A stretch of DNA of 62,868 nucleotides, the filler included, from Chiloscyllium plagiosum (lineage: Eukaryota): NCBI RefSeq assembly GCF_004010195.1. It is 6 parts of one record of this genome, joined end to end, with 100 filler letters (N's around TTAATTAATTAA, not from the genome) between each part and the next. Parts side by side here need not be neighbours in the genome. Positions count along the whole stretch, not along the records: positions 13,633 to 28,314 come from NC_057717.1; positions 28,415 to 40,268 come from NC_057717.1; 4 more parts are not named here. One strand, written 5' to 3'. Shown in pieces: positions 24,290 to 37,519 of the stretch; position 1 is the first letter of the stretch, and every line of letters begins with the position of its first letter. The translations under genes and the position numbers were made by a program. Below the pieces are notes generated by a model. It was not told the origin of the DNA. It searched no databases and saw only the letters and a program-made list of their open reading frames with translations.

Positions 24290-26290
24290 AATCCATAGAA
24301 TCATAGAAACATGGAGATATCGAAGATGAGACCATGAGGTGGCCATTTCGCAGGCTCACCACTCTTTGGTGAATAAAGGCTTCCTCATCTCTGCCCCAGC
24401 TGGTCTAAACCGAATACTCAGACTGTGACCTCTGGTTCTGGACACACAGCCACCCCCCCCCCCCGCCCCCCCCGCCCCTCCCCCCCATCGGGAAGATCCT
24501 CCCGGTACCTATTCTGTCTATTTCTGTTTGAACTTTTTAAGTCTCTATGGGATTCCCACATTTGCCTGTACCCCAGCGAAAGCAATCCTAACCGAGCCAA
24601 TGTGTCATCATACATCAGTCCTGCAATCCCCAGAATAAGATTGGTAAAGCCGTCACATATTTCTGCTGAGTGAAACATCATCCTTTCTCAGAAAAAGAAA
24701 CCTAAACTTCGACATATGGCTTCACCAAGGCCCGGTATAACTCTAACTGCACATCCCTTTCCTCCTGCATGCGAAGCCTCACGCAATGAAGGCCAACATA
24801 CTGTTCGCCATCTATTCCGCCTGCTGCCCCTGCATGTGGATCTGCAGCAACTGGTGCACAAGAACACTCAGCTCCTGCTGCATGCTCCCCTCTCCCAATT
24901 TACGGCCATTCTGGTAGGAATCTGTCTATTTGTTTCTGCTTCCAAAGTGAGCAATCTCGCATTTATTTCAAATGGTACTGCACCTGACATTGACTTGCCC
25001 ACTCACTCAATCTGTTCAGATTATGCTGAGGGTTCTCGGTATCCTCATCACATTTCACCCTCCCTCCCAAGTTGGTATCATCAGAAAATTTTGAGATGTT
25101 ACATTTTGTTCCTTCATCCAAATTATCGATGAATATTGTGACTAGCTAGGATCCCAGCATCGATCCCTGTTGCACCCCAAGAGTTTTTGCTTCTCAATGT
25201 GAAAAAACAATCATTATTTCTTGGATATATTTCCTCTCTGATAACCAGTTTTCTCTCCATCTCAATATACTTTCCCATTTCCCATGACGTTTAATCTGTT
25301 ATGCAGAGCACTGTCTAACGTTTTCTGAATATCCACATCTATCACATTGACTAGAGTTATCTTATAAATCCATCTTCGTATAGTTCTGGAAGATTTGTCA
25401 AGCATGATTTCCCCTTCATAAATCCACGCTGACTCTGCCACTGTTTTCTAAATGCTCGCCTGTAAAGACATGGATTGGAGAAATTTCCCCAATACCGATG
25501 ATAAGCTTCTAGCCTATAATTCCCTGGATACTGTCGCTTTTCCCTTTTTAAAAGTTGGAATGACATTAGCTACCCTCTAATCTGCAGAGTCTTGTTAAGA
25601 TTCTATAAAATAATGGAAGATGTTTTCCAATGAATTCACTAATTCTGGAACCATTTCCTTAACTATTCTGGTATTATTTCATCCCTGTCACTAGATCTTG
25701 CATTTTCCAACATTTTTGGTTTCTGATTTGTGCTCTCTTTTGTGAAGACAGAACTAAAGGATGTGTTCAGTTGTTCAGCCATTTATATGCCCGTAGTTAT
25801 ACATTCCCCCATTACTGTCTATAGCGGACATACATTTGTCTTCACCAATCTCTTTCTTTTCACGTTCCAAATGAATCTCTTAATGACACCCGTCATGTTC
25901 CCTGCAATATCATGTTCGTGCTGTATTTTTCCTCTTAGTCACATTATTGGTTCTTCTTTAAGNNNNNNNNNNNNNNNNNNNNNNNNNNNNNNNNNNNNNN
26001 NNNNNNNNNNNNNNNNNNNNNNNNNNNNNNNNNNNNNNNNNNNNNNNNNNNNNNNNNNNNNNNNNNNNNNNNNNNNNNNNNNNNNNNNNNNNNNNNNGGC
26101 TAATTTGATGAGCCCAAACTGTGTGCAGATTAAAATTGCCCATGATCACTGACATTCCCTTTTCACAAGCATCTCTAATTTCCAGTTCAATGCCTTTCAA
26201 AACATCACCACTGCAGTTTTGATGCACCTAAATGATGGCAATTAAGTTTTCGTTTGCTCTTGGTATTTCTTATATCTATCATAAGGACTT
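24290..26290 (-). mobile_element. Decayed CR1 LINE
   Basis: PGNYRL..SQRGFMKGKSCLTNL and VIMGNFNLH on the minus strand. Confidence 0.8.
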
Positions 26291-27340
26291 TACTGGTTAT
26301 AGTCATAGTTGGCACAAAGGAAGATGATTGTGGTTGAGGATTGTCAGTCATCAGAGCTCCGGACCATCTCTGCAGGGGTTCCTCAGGGTAATATCCTCGG
26401 CCCAACAATCTCCAGCTGATTCATCAATGATATATACTCTCTAAGAAGCGGGATGTTTGCCAATGATTGCACCGTGTACTGCACCATTCGCGACTCCTCA
26501 GATACTGATGCAGTCCGTGTTTAAAAACAATATGATCTGAACACTAGCCGGCCTTGGCCGACTGATGGCAAGTAACATGTGTGCCACACAAATGTTAGAC
26601 AATGAACATCACGAATAAGAGGCACTCTAACCCCCGTCCCATAACATTCAAAAGAATTACCATCACTGAATCCCGTACTGTCAACACCTTAGCGGTTACC
26701 ATTAATAAGGATCTCAGCTGGACTCACAACACAAACACATTGGCGACAACAGCAGGTCAAAGACGAGGGATATTATGGCGAGTAACGCAGCTGGAGACAC
26801 CCCAAAATCTATCCGTCATCAAGGCACAAGACAGGACTGTGATGAAATATTCCACACAATCCTGGATGGGAGCATCTCCAACAACACTCAAGAAGCTTGA
26901 CAACGTCACAACAAACCAACCGGCTTAATTGGCACCACGTGTACGCACACTCAATCCCTTCAACACCACCGGTGCTCATTTGCAGCTGTGAGTATGGTCT
27001 ACAAGATACAGTGCAAAAATTCACCAAAGATCCTTAGACAACTCCTTCCAAACGCACAACCACTTCCACAGAGAAGGACAACAGCAGTAGGTAAGGGAGA
27101 GCACCATCATCTGCAAGTTCCCTTCAAGCCATTCATCACCCTGAATTGGAAAATACCGGTGTTGCTTTACAGTAATTGGGACAAAATACTGGAATTCCCT
27201 CCCTTGCGGCATTGTGGGTCAATCAACAGCAAGTCGACTGCAGCGATTCAAGAAGGCAGCTCACTAACACCTTCTCAAGGGCAAATTGGGATGCCTATCT
27301 ATGCTGGCCAGCCATAGTTGCCCAAGTCCCAATAACGAAT
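26290..27340 (+). mobile_element. LINE RT C-terminal half and 3' end, second family
   Basis: GVPQGNILGPT..FIND..FANDCTV; MNITNKRHSN..LAVTINKDLSWTHNTN..VMKYSTQSW. Confidence 0.75.
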
Positions 27341-27589
27341 AAAACATAGACTCCACATTCTAATATGCTAGTATCCTTTCTTACTATCGTTTCAATTTTA
27401 TCTTTAACCAACCACGCCACTCCATCACATTTTTCCTTTTCATTCTTAAATATTGAATACCCTGGGACATTCACTTGCCCACCTTGGTGACCTGCAGCCG
27501 TATCTCCGTAATTCCATTTATATGTACCAGTTTGCATCTATCTGTGCAGTTAGTTCATCCACTTTTTTTGCAAATCCTCCAAACATTTC

Positions 27590-28282
27590 AGGTGCATAAA
27601 TCCCTGAAGGTTGCCTAGCAGTTTGACAGGATTATTAAGAAGGCATATGGTGTGTTGGCATTTATTGGTAGGAGGATTGAGTTTTGGAGCCAAAGTCATG
27701 ATTCAGCTCGACAAGACGCGAGTGTGACTGCACCTGGAGTATTCCATTCAGTTCTGGGCACCGCATTATAGGAAGCATACAGAAAATTTGGAAAGTCCTC
27801 AGTGTAGATTTACTAAGATGTAATCTGGTATTGAAGGAAAGTCCTACGAAGAAAGGCTGAGGGAACTGAGACAGTTTTCATTGGAATGAAGAAGTTTGAG
27901 AGGTAAAATAATCATGACTTATGAGATAATCCGAGGGTTTGAGAGGGTAGACAGTGAGAGCATTTTTCCTGAGATGGTTAACGTTAACAGGAGGGGGAAT
28001 AGTTTTAAGTTGAGGCGTAATATATTTAGGACACATATCAGGAATAGTTTTCTTCTTTTACGCAGAGAGCAGTAGGGTCGGGGAAGGGCCCACTGCAACA
28101 GTTGTAGACTTGCCGATGTTAAGGGCCTGTACATGTGCATTGGACATACATATGAATATTAATGGAATGGTGTATGTTAGATGAGCATCAGATTAATTTC
28201 ATAGTTCCGCGCAGCATCCACGGCGAAAATACCTGTACTGTGCTGTAACGTTCTATGTTCTATGTTCTATGTTCGATGTTCT
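27590..28282 (+). mobile_element. CR1 3' end with (TTCTATG)n tail
   Basis: VHKSLKVA, HLEYSIQFWAP, and a microsatellite tail at 28251-28280. Confidence 0.85.
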
Positions 28283-29400
28283 CGACGTCAAATTATTACA
28301 CTCTCGGGTAACACNNNNNNNNNNNNNNNNNNNNNNNNNNNNNNNNNNNNNNNNNNNNTTAATTAATTAANNNNNNNNNNNNNNNNNNNNNNNNNNNNNN
28401 NNNNNNNNNNNNNNTCAATAATTCTTTATTGTAGTTACAAAGTTTAAAATGCATGAATAGGAAAGGTTTGGAGCGATATAGGCCGAACGACGGCATGTGG
28501 GACTAGGTGAATTTGGGATTACAGTAATCAGAGACTGGTTGCACTAAAGAATCTGTTTCAGTGCTGAATTACTCTGTAAACCTTCCACTTACTCCACTGC
28601 CATCGCCTTTAATACTCTGGGATGATGCAGAAACTTACACACTTTCAGTTCAATTAGTTTTTTGAATAAGTTCTCTTTATCAATTCTAATCTCCCACAGA
28701 TTGTGATTTAGACCGGTCACTGTGTCTCCGAGAATTTATGGAAGATTTTCTGTCTCTTTTTCTGTGAAGAAGGAACTAATGCATACCCCTCCGTGGGGGC
28801 GGAGATGGCCTCTATCAAAGTCGAATCACTGCACTCAGGAGACGATTGACACAACACCCTCTCCTACTCGGAAAGTTCCAGAATCCGAACAGTTCAATGA
28901 AAATATCACTTAAAAGTCACTGACAGCACAGTCATCTCCCTAGTGTGAGGTTACAAGTTATGGTGAAATAGGCGATGTTAATCTGAGAGCTCTTCATTTT
29001 AGAATCAAATTACGTTGACACTTTGTAGATTGATGGAATGCTTGTAACTGAAAGAGTGGTGAGAAGAGATGTGGAACCGAAAAGGTGCAGATGTCGCTTT
29101 ATTCAGAAATATCACTGAGGCGGAACTGTTCAATAGAATCCCAACAGGTTGGATATAGGCCCTTCTGCTCAACAAGTCCTCATCAAGACCTAATCCTCCC
29201 ATCCTATATTTACCTCTGACTAATGCTTTGTTCGTACTCATGTGTTTGTACGAGAAGTGTATGAACTCCATGTAATAGCATCGGAGTTTGTGATTGAAAG
29301 TGAATGCAATAGTTTACATCTTGCCATATATAGATAACATAAGTAGTGATGCCGTTCACAGTGGTTTACAGAATTTATAAATGGACAGAAATGGACTTAC

Positions 29401-29617
29401 CAGGAACAGCAACAATAACGAGGATGGGAAAGTAGCCCGCCTGAAAAATCAGCAGCACACATCGTATTCGCCATGGTAACGATATCTGATATTCAGTGAG
29501 ACAGTACAGAGCCCCGTTGAAACCCCTGCCCATTGTTCTGGCCTTCCAGTCTATTGATCTCAGATAATGATCCATTGCTGTAGCATTCCAGTCTATTGTT
29601 CTAAGATCATAATTCAT
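29401..29617 (-). CDS. First coding exon of a GPR139/GPR142-like rhodopsin-class GPCR (N-terminus and first half of TM1)
   Basis: MNYDLRTIDWNATAMDHYLRSIDWKARTMG...RIRCVLLIFQAGYFPILVIVAVP followed by a perfect G|GTAAGT donor (phase 1). This matches the 'YYPIL...VP|intron' exon-1 pattern I recall for shark GPR139-like genes. Exon 2 is not on this contig. Confidence 0.72.
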
Positions 29618-30104
29618 TGTTAAAATATTCCAGACTGTTATTCACATTACCGATTAATATTCTCAGATTCTGACTTCTGCCACTCTCTGGAGCTGTTGTC
29701 GAGGATGATGCTGCCGCGGATATCATGTGATAACACATTGAAAGAAGCCCACTATTAATAGAAGAGTAAAACTCTTCCATGACTAAGTTAGGATCCATAG
29801 AGAATTATGCCATTAACAGTCACTGAACAAACAGCTCCAGTTCATCCCTTTCACGGCATCACTTTCAAGATAACAGCAATACTTGGTCTGGGTGGAATGC
29901 TGACATCGCCTGCTATTGTTCTTATTGCTCGCTCCTCCAGTAAAGCAATACATTACCTTTAACACAATGCTCATTAATAACTTGTTTCTAAAGATGCAAA
30001 CAACTAACCACACTGTTTGTACGCCTTTTCCTTTTGTGATTTAGCCCAAAGGTAGTTGTTACATTGTTGTTAATTGCATTGTTTATTAGAATTGAAGACT
30101 CCGA

Positions 30105-30160
30105 GGCTATATATGTGTCTGTGTGTATGTGTATGTGTGTGTGTCTGTGTGTGATTGGTT
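30105..30160 (-). promoter_or_regulatory. Candidate GPCR promoter: CCAAT box, (CA)n spacer, TATA-like element
   Basis: Minus strand reads AACCAATC (CCAAT at 30154-30158), about 40 bp of CA-rich spacer, then ATATATAG (~30107-30114); about 500 bp upstream of the GPCR ATG. Confidence 0.4.
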
Positions 30161-30634
30161 CAGAAACAAAAAAGAATGAGTGACAGCGGCTGTGGAGACA
30201 GGAGAAGAGTAAAGTGATATCTCTCTGTCATCAATATTTTTCTTGATATACGGAATAAAATAAAATACACAAAAAGAAATACAAGACATTTTGAAGAAGG
30301 AGTGGCGTCAGAAATTGTAAACAAAACTGGATTATTTGAATGGAGGAAAAATAATTTTATATGCAGTGTTTAATCCGTGTATGTACAGGGGGCAAGATTG
30401 CATACGTATGCACAACACACTTGGAATGAACAAAAGACAGTTAACAAAATATGACTCATTTCATGTATAAAATGTATGAAACACTAAAGCCTCATTTGAT
30501 CCACAAATATCTATTTAAATATGTTTATTGTCCTGCTGCGTCTGTCAACAGCTAGTGCCTGTCACATCATTCGAGGTAAAACTTTGGGATCATACCAATC
30601 AATTTAACACTACTCTCTTGTACATTTACTGTAG

Positions 30635-33450
30635 AAAGGATCACAATACACAGGAGGTGTGAAAGCAAATAAGAAAGTACATTTACTTCTGTCGATGGTT
30701 TGGTTTGCCCTGTTTTTACATCTTCTCATCTATGTTCTCACTCTCTTTTTCTCTTTGTGCCCCGTTAATAAATACCCCAATCATTCTTCGTGTCTCACCT
30801 TTCAGTTCTATTTCTTTATAAACATGCATTGTCCTCTTGTTAGTTAAGGTGATTATACAAACACAAGAAAGAGGAGCTGACAACAGTTAATTGGAAAAAA
30901 AATGCGAGCAGGGAAGAGCATGGCTCAGCAATAGCACGAATTTCTGGGGAGAGTTTCGAGGATAACAGAAATTCATCTCAAATAGTCAGAAGCATAGCCT
31001 TGGGAGGACAAGGAAGCCATGAGTGCTAAGATAATTCAAGGAAAGCGAGCATGGCTCAGCAATAGCACGAATTTCTGGGGAGAGTTTCGAGGATAGCAGA
31101 AATTCATCTCAAATAGTCAGAAGCACAGCCTTGGGAGGACAAGGAAGCCATGAGTGCTAAGATAATTCAAGGAAAGCATGACATCAAACGAGTAAGCATT
31201 CAATATGTCGCAAATTATTGTGCATCCAGAGGATGAGGAAGCATTTAACCACCAGTGGAGGTTAACTCACCAAAGCAATAAGGTGGATAAGATGTAATAG
31301 AACGGTAAGCTTGGTAATAATATGATGGGAGAGTGGAAGAGGCTTTTCGTTATATATCAGGGAAGCAAGGGAGGGAAGAGAAAACATTGTCCTACTGGAA
31401 AATGAGCTTGGAGTAGTTGTTGGAAACAAAGAGATGGCCGAGGAATTGTTAGAAACATTTGTATCAGGTTTCAAGGTGCAAGATACAAACAGCCTGCCAG
31501 TACTTTAAGAGTGGCAGGGGGCTGAGGTAAGTGTAGCGAACATCATGAAAGAGAAAGTGCTGGGGAAGTTGAAAAGTCTGCAGATAGAAATGTCACCCAA
31601 GCCTGACAGACAAAACCACCTTGAGATAGCTGAAGAGTTTGTAGTGGTATTATTGCTGATCTTTCACTGAAGTCAGAGACGGCCCCCCAGAACTGGCAAA
31701 TATAATCTCCCTGTTGAAGGAGAGAGGGCCGTAGAAAAGAGGAAATTACAGATCGTCTGGCAATTTAAAACTGTTTCAAATAAAACTCATTGGATCCCTG
31801 GGTTACTGCAGATGCTGGAGACCAGAGTTGAAAAGAGTGGTGCTGGAAAAACACAGCAGACCAGGCAGCATCCGAGGAGCAGGAGATTCGACTTTTCGGG
31901 CGTAAGTCCTTCTTAGGAATGAGGCTGGTGAGTATAAAAGCACGGGCGTCTTAAACGATTAAAACAGAACAGATCACCCGGCACCAACCTCGGTATTAGA
32001 AAAGGGAATGGGAAACACAGTCCTACCGATCTTGCAGTGGTCTCTTTCCGAACATCTAAGAAGTTGTGACACCAGTTACAGAAGTTACCCACAGACTGCA
32101 CAGAAACATTGGGAAAGGAGGAGGCCATTCAATCTACTGAGCCTTCCCCATTCTAGTTCATGACCAAATATCTCCACAATACACTTCCCCCACAACTTAC
32201 GTATCTCTTAATGTGATTAAGCATCGGGAAAATATAAAATATAAACTGCCGAATTCCCTTCCACCCTTTAATTTTGGTCCTCTATTCAATTCAAAGATAC
32301 TTATTCCATAGTGCATAATTGTTAAACATAATTTTTCTGTAAAGAGATGAGTGAGTGATGGAAATTTACATTATACGGCGAGCTCCTGCTCACTCTTACG
32401 TGAATACATTTCCACCACCAGCTGATGAGCAAATCCCAGCATCAGGATCTTCTGTCTGCAAAGTGTTCAGCTAAAACAGAACTGTAATCCAATCTGCAAA
32501 CCTTGAAACTGAGCCTGGATCTGGGAATTGCAGTCGACATATAGAAGGAATTTTGCTTTAATCTTGGGGAGAATTTTAGAGAGAACTGGAATTCTGTATC
32601 GGCATCATGTGGTCAGTCAGCTCGCACGCTATCTCTTGAAGAGCTTCGTGGACGTTACGGTGCTGTGGTTAGTGACTTCAGTGTTAAAGTCTTACAGTTA
32701 CTGCTTGAATCCATTGCAATATATGATTTAAAGATTCACTTCGACTGTGTTATCAGTTGTATTAGGCTTGCTTCAATTTTTACCTATAGTTTTGGTGGTT
32801 TGCCACTTACATTGTGTTTCTATTGGCCCCATTATTTATATTGCACCATTTTCTATATCACTGTTTTCCGGTGGAACACAACTGTCGCGTTATCAGAGAA
32901 CTACCTGTAATAATGGCTGATCCTCTAACTCCACACCAACTCCTGCTCTCTCCCCAATAATTTAGTGTCTAGAATTCCTTATTTATTTTCAGTACCTTGG
33001 ATTGCACGGCCTTATGTGGAAGAGAATTGCTCAGGTTTATGAGTCTCTGAATGCAGACATTTATTCTCATATCATTGCCGAGTGCCTTGCCTGGCCTTCA
33101 TGCAATAGCCCTTGTTTTGGACGTCCCAGTTGAGGTAATTATCATCCCTGCTTCCAACATGTCTTGTCCCATCAGAGTTTTATATATTTCACTAAGATTA
33201 GACAATAGAACAGTGCAGCACAGCAATAGTCATTTCGGCCGCCCTCGACTTTGCTGACAACGATGCTCTTCTCAACTAATCACATCTGCCTGCTCATGTG
33301 TCCGTGTAAATGATCTGCCTGCTCATGTGTCCGTGTAAATGCCAATCAAATAGAGCCATTGCTCGCATTTCTGCTTCCACTACCTGGTTTGGCATCTTCC
33401 ATCCTCTGTGTGGAAAAAACAACACTTGCTTCTACCATCTCACTTAAACG
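30635..33450 (+). repeat. Segmental duplication, copy B (paralogous to 1-2645)
   Basis: Colinear near-identity with the window start; carries an extra 131-bp tandem duplication (30916-31177) and a 29-bp one (~33284-33341). Confidence 0.95.
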
Positions 33451-34085
33451 TCCCCATCTAACCTTAATTCTCTGGATCTTTGTATTTATCACATCCACGA
33501 TGGAAGGGAGATTTCGGTAATCCACATTATCGTTGCCTCTACAAATTTTATATACCCCCACATGGTCACTCCCTCAGCCTCTGACACTGTAGCAAAACAA
33601 TTCAAGATTGTTCAATCTCACCTAAAATCTAACACACTCTCAGGACACCTAAAGCAGGTAAACTCGTAATCTGTTTTTGTATCCTTCACAAATACACCAG
33701 GTCCTTACTATCAGGACTGCTCACAGTAATCCAATTGTGGCCACTCCAAAGTTCCATAATGTTACAATACAACTTACAAAAGTCTATACTCAGTCCTACG
33801 ACCGATTATGGCAAGCATGCTATGTGTGTTTTTTCGCAACTCATACATCTGTATTGCCACTGTCAGGCAAATGTGGACGTGCAGCAAGATCCTGCTGTAT
33901 ACAATTGTCCCTCAATATCTAAACATTCTTCTTGCACAGTCTCTATTATCTCATACTTATCCAGAAAAAAAACCGCATTTGCCATTTTTCAGCCATCTTT
34001 CTAGCAGATCCTTATCCTGATGTAACCGTTGATATCCTTCCTCATTATCCATAACTCAACGTATTTTCTTGACGTTTGTACTAAT
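33300..34085 (-). mobile_element. Decayed CR1 3' portion
   Basis: VYKICRGNDNVD..IKVRWGR (CR1 ORF2 C-terminus) on the minus strand. Confidence 0.65.
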
Positions 34086-35060
34086 TATCTTTGGCACTTC
34101 ATTTGGTTTCTCTTGTGTTGGAATCTGTAATCTGTGACGGAACATCTCAACAAGGGCTCACTCATTCAACACGGAGATGTGGAGGCATGTCCTCACTCAG
34201 AAGGTAGTGAATCTATGGAAATCCAGACTGCAGGGGGCTGTCAAGGCTGAGTCATTAAGAATATTCATAGGAAAGATGGTCAGATATTAATTTATCAGGG
34301 AAACAGAGGGTACGTTGGAAAAGCAGGAAAGCAGATTCGATGAGCCTTTGATCAGCTATTATCTGACTGAACTGTGGAAATACTTGATGGACCAAATGGC
34401 TTAATTCCTATCCGGCATCTCATGGTCTTCACTTAATCAGTTTCAAATTCATTAAGAGATGATGTAATGTTATGGTTCTCTGCTCACTACACTCCTATAA
34501 ATTGAGATTATTAGACGCTTCTCATTGCACAATATTCCATCTGGAGTAGCCCATTCTCTTGATGGTACTTCATTAATTATCCAGTCTGAATGGATGCTAC
34601 TGTCACAGTTTTTTTATACTGCCCTTGCTACAAGGACATGCAATGTCCGGATTGCAATCATATTAACATTACCATCACTGTCCGGTGCCAATAAAGGAAT
34701 TCCTGCTAACTGGTGCTGGTTTCCCAGATCCACCACTTAGAATCTGGATTTTGGTTTTAGGATCCACGACGCTGTCTCACTAATGCACGGACAGCTTTCT
34801 TTCTTCATACACATTTCTTTATTGCCTGACCTGCCTAAATTCCGATCACACTTCCATATTCCCTTTGCAGCTATGGTCACTCTGCAGCCACTTCCCTGTA
34901 ATGACAGTTCCGTCATGTCTGTTCACTTCAGTTCATGCTGGAATTCTGGTTTGCCTTGTTCTGCATTCAGGGAGCGCTTCAGGGAGATAGTTGCGGTGAA
35001 AAGGATGAATGGACGTTACAGGGGTTGGGGTCGAGGATGTTACAGAGTAAAGTATAATTC

Positions 35061-35989
35061 CAGGCGAACGAAAATGTTAGTGGGAGTAATGGCTTTCGGG
35101 TTTTTAGGAAATTACACAGATCGAGGAGGCTGGATTAGATTTCAGAGACGGCGATCTGTTGGTTGAGGCAGACAGACAGAAAAAGGCGCTGAGAGAGACG
35201 AGAGTTTTAGAGACGAGGATTGGAGGAACTAAAATAAATATGGAAGGATTTATGAAATGAAGAAGTTTAAAATATGAGAACGCTTGCACATTCTGGATGT
35301 TCCGTGGAGTGGAAGGCTATGGAGTCTAGCAGCTTTTCCAGGATAGAGACAGGTATATACATAGAAGGTATCACACAATTTTGAGGAGGTACACTCGGTA
35401 GGGAGGTTTGAAGTGGAGAGTGAACTTTACATATATGAAAGAGCTGGATTCAAATAGCTGAAGAAAGCTATGGAGATAAATAGATGGATGAATGACCTGG
35501 ATGAGCTNNNNNNNNNNNNNNNNNNNNNNNNNNNNNNNNNNNNCAGGCGAACGAAAATGTTAGTGGGAGTAATGGCTTTCGGGTTTTTAGGAAATTACAC
35601 AGATCGAGGAGGCTGGATTAGATTTCAGAGACGGCGATCTGTTGGTTGAGGCAGACAGACAGAAAAAGGCGCTGAGAGAGACGAGAGTTTTAGAGACGAG
35701 GATTGGAGGAACTAAAATAAATATGGAAGGATTTATGAAATGAAGAAGTTTAAAATATGAGAACGCTTGCACATTCTGGATGTTTCGTGGAGTGGAAGGC
35801 TATGGAGTCTAGCAGCTTTTCCAGGATAGAGACAGGTATATACATAGAAGGTATCACACATTTTGGGGAGGTACACTCGGTAGGGAGGTTTGAAGTGGAG
35901 AGTGAACTTTACATATATGAAAGAGCTGGATTTAAATAGCTGAAGAAAGCTATGGAGATAAGTAGATGGATGGAATGACTGGATGAGCT
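35061..35989. repeat. About 445-bp near-identical direct repeat flanking a 36-N gap
   Basis: CAGGCGAACGAAAATG...GGATGAGCT at 35061-35507 and 35544-35989. Confidence 0.9.
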
Positions 35990-37519
35990 AATATTGAACT
36001 TGAGTCTTTTATAAACTGGAAAGTCAGATGGATTGGAGTGGGTGCTACAGATCAGGAATCCTGCAATTACTTGAGGGGATTACCCATTTTCGGAGGTTTA
36101 CAAGGGCTGTAGAGATTGGCAGTATTGCCAGGACTGGAAGGGTACACACAAAAATGGAAGACTTTCGGGGCTGCAGGTGATTAAGTAATTAGTGGAGTAG
36201 CAGTAGTTTACAGAGAGATGAAACCTTTTTGGCGCAGCCACAAAATACACAGAAAATGCGTAACAGTTGATAGTTTAGGAAACAACTCGAAGCTCTGTGA
36301 CCATGGAAGCACGAAGAGAACCGTGGATGCTTGTGGGGTGGGAGATGTTAATGGATTATACATAGATTATTAAAGACCTGCATGTTGAAGAGAGGATGAG
36401 CTGCAAACACTGACATATATTGTCGGGACTTGGGTAGGCATGGCCAATAAAAAGTAACATAAGGGGCTGGAGGAGTTTGCAGTAAAAGAGGATGCTGATG
36501 GCACTGGAAGATGTTACAGATGTAGGGAGGATTTTGCTTGCTGGCGGTGGTTAAAGATATGGAGGACTGCAGGGACAGCAGGACATCGTACAGGTCCGGA
36601 TGTTTTTTAAGAGGAAGCGAGAACAACAGAAGTAGAGAAAGAGCAGTGGCTGAAGGCGTTTTTGCCATCAGGAGATTTCATGATGCAGGATGATGTTACA
36701 AAGACAGCAACAGTTATAATGATTGAAGGGGCAACAAAGATAGGGAAGACTTTAGACATTGTTGGATATTACATTTACAGAGATAGAAAGGAGTTCGTAA
36801 CGAAAGGAAGTTATAAAGATCGTGAGGGTTGGAGTTATTGGAGCAGGTCTGGTATATATGGCGTATTCTTGTGTCTGAAGGAGGATGTTACAGTGTTANN
36901 NNNNNNNNNNNNNNNNNNNNNNNNNNNNNNNNNNNNNNNNNNNNNNNNNNNNNNNNNNNNNNNNNNNNNNNNNNNNNNNNNNNNNNNNNNNNNNNNNNNN
37001 NNNNNNNNNNNNNNNNNNNNNNNNNNNNNNNNNNNNNNNNNNNNNNNNNNNNNNNNNNNNNNNNNNNNNNNNNNNNNNNNNNNNNNNNNNNNNNNNNNNN
37101 NNNNNNNNNNNNNNNNNNNNNNNNNNNNNNNNNNNNNNNNNNNNNNNNNNNNNNNNNNNNNNNNNNNNNNNNNNNNNNNNNNNNNNNNNNNNNNNNNNNN
37201 NNNNNNNNNNNNNNNNNNNNNNNNNNNNNNNNNNNNNNNNNNNNNNNNNNNNNNNNNNNNNNNNNNNNNNNNNNNNNNNNNNNNNNNNNNNNNNNNNNNN
37301 NNNNNNNNNNNNNNNNNNNNNNNNNNNNNNNNNNNNNNNNNNNNNNNNNNNNNNNNNNNNNNNNNNNNNNNNNNNNNTATTGTCACCTCTGGAGGAGTTT
37401 AATGGTATAAAGAATTGTTGTGACGGAAAGAATTTACATGTTTTTGGAGAGTAATAGAGATTGGCAGAGTTTTAATGGACGGTGTGTTTTTTTTTATAGA
37501 AACGGAAGGAGTTTATAGT

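Noticed and set aside
35061..35989. 445-bp direct repeat as a possible LTR pair
   Set aside because: The copies abut a 36-N gap and have no TG..CA ends or PBS/PPT; typical unmerged contig overlap.
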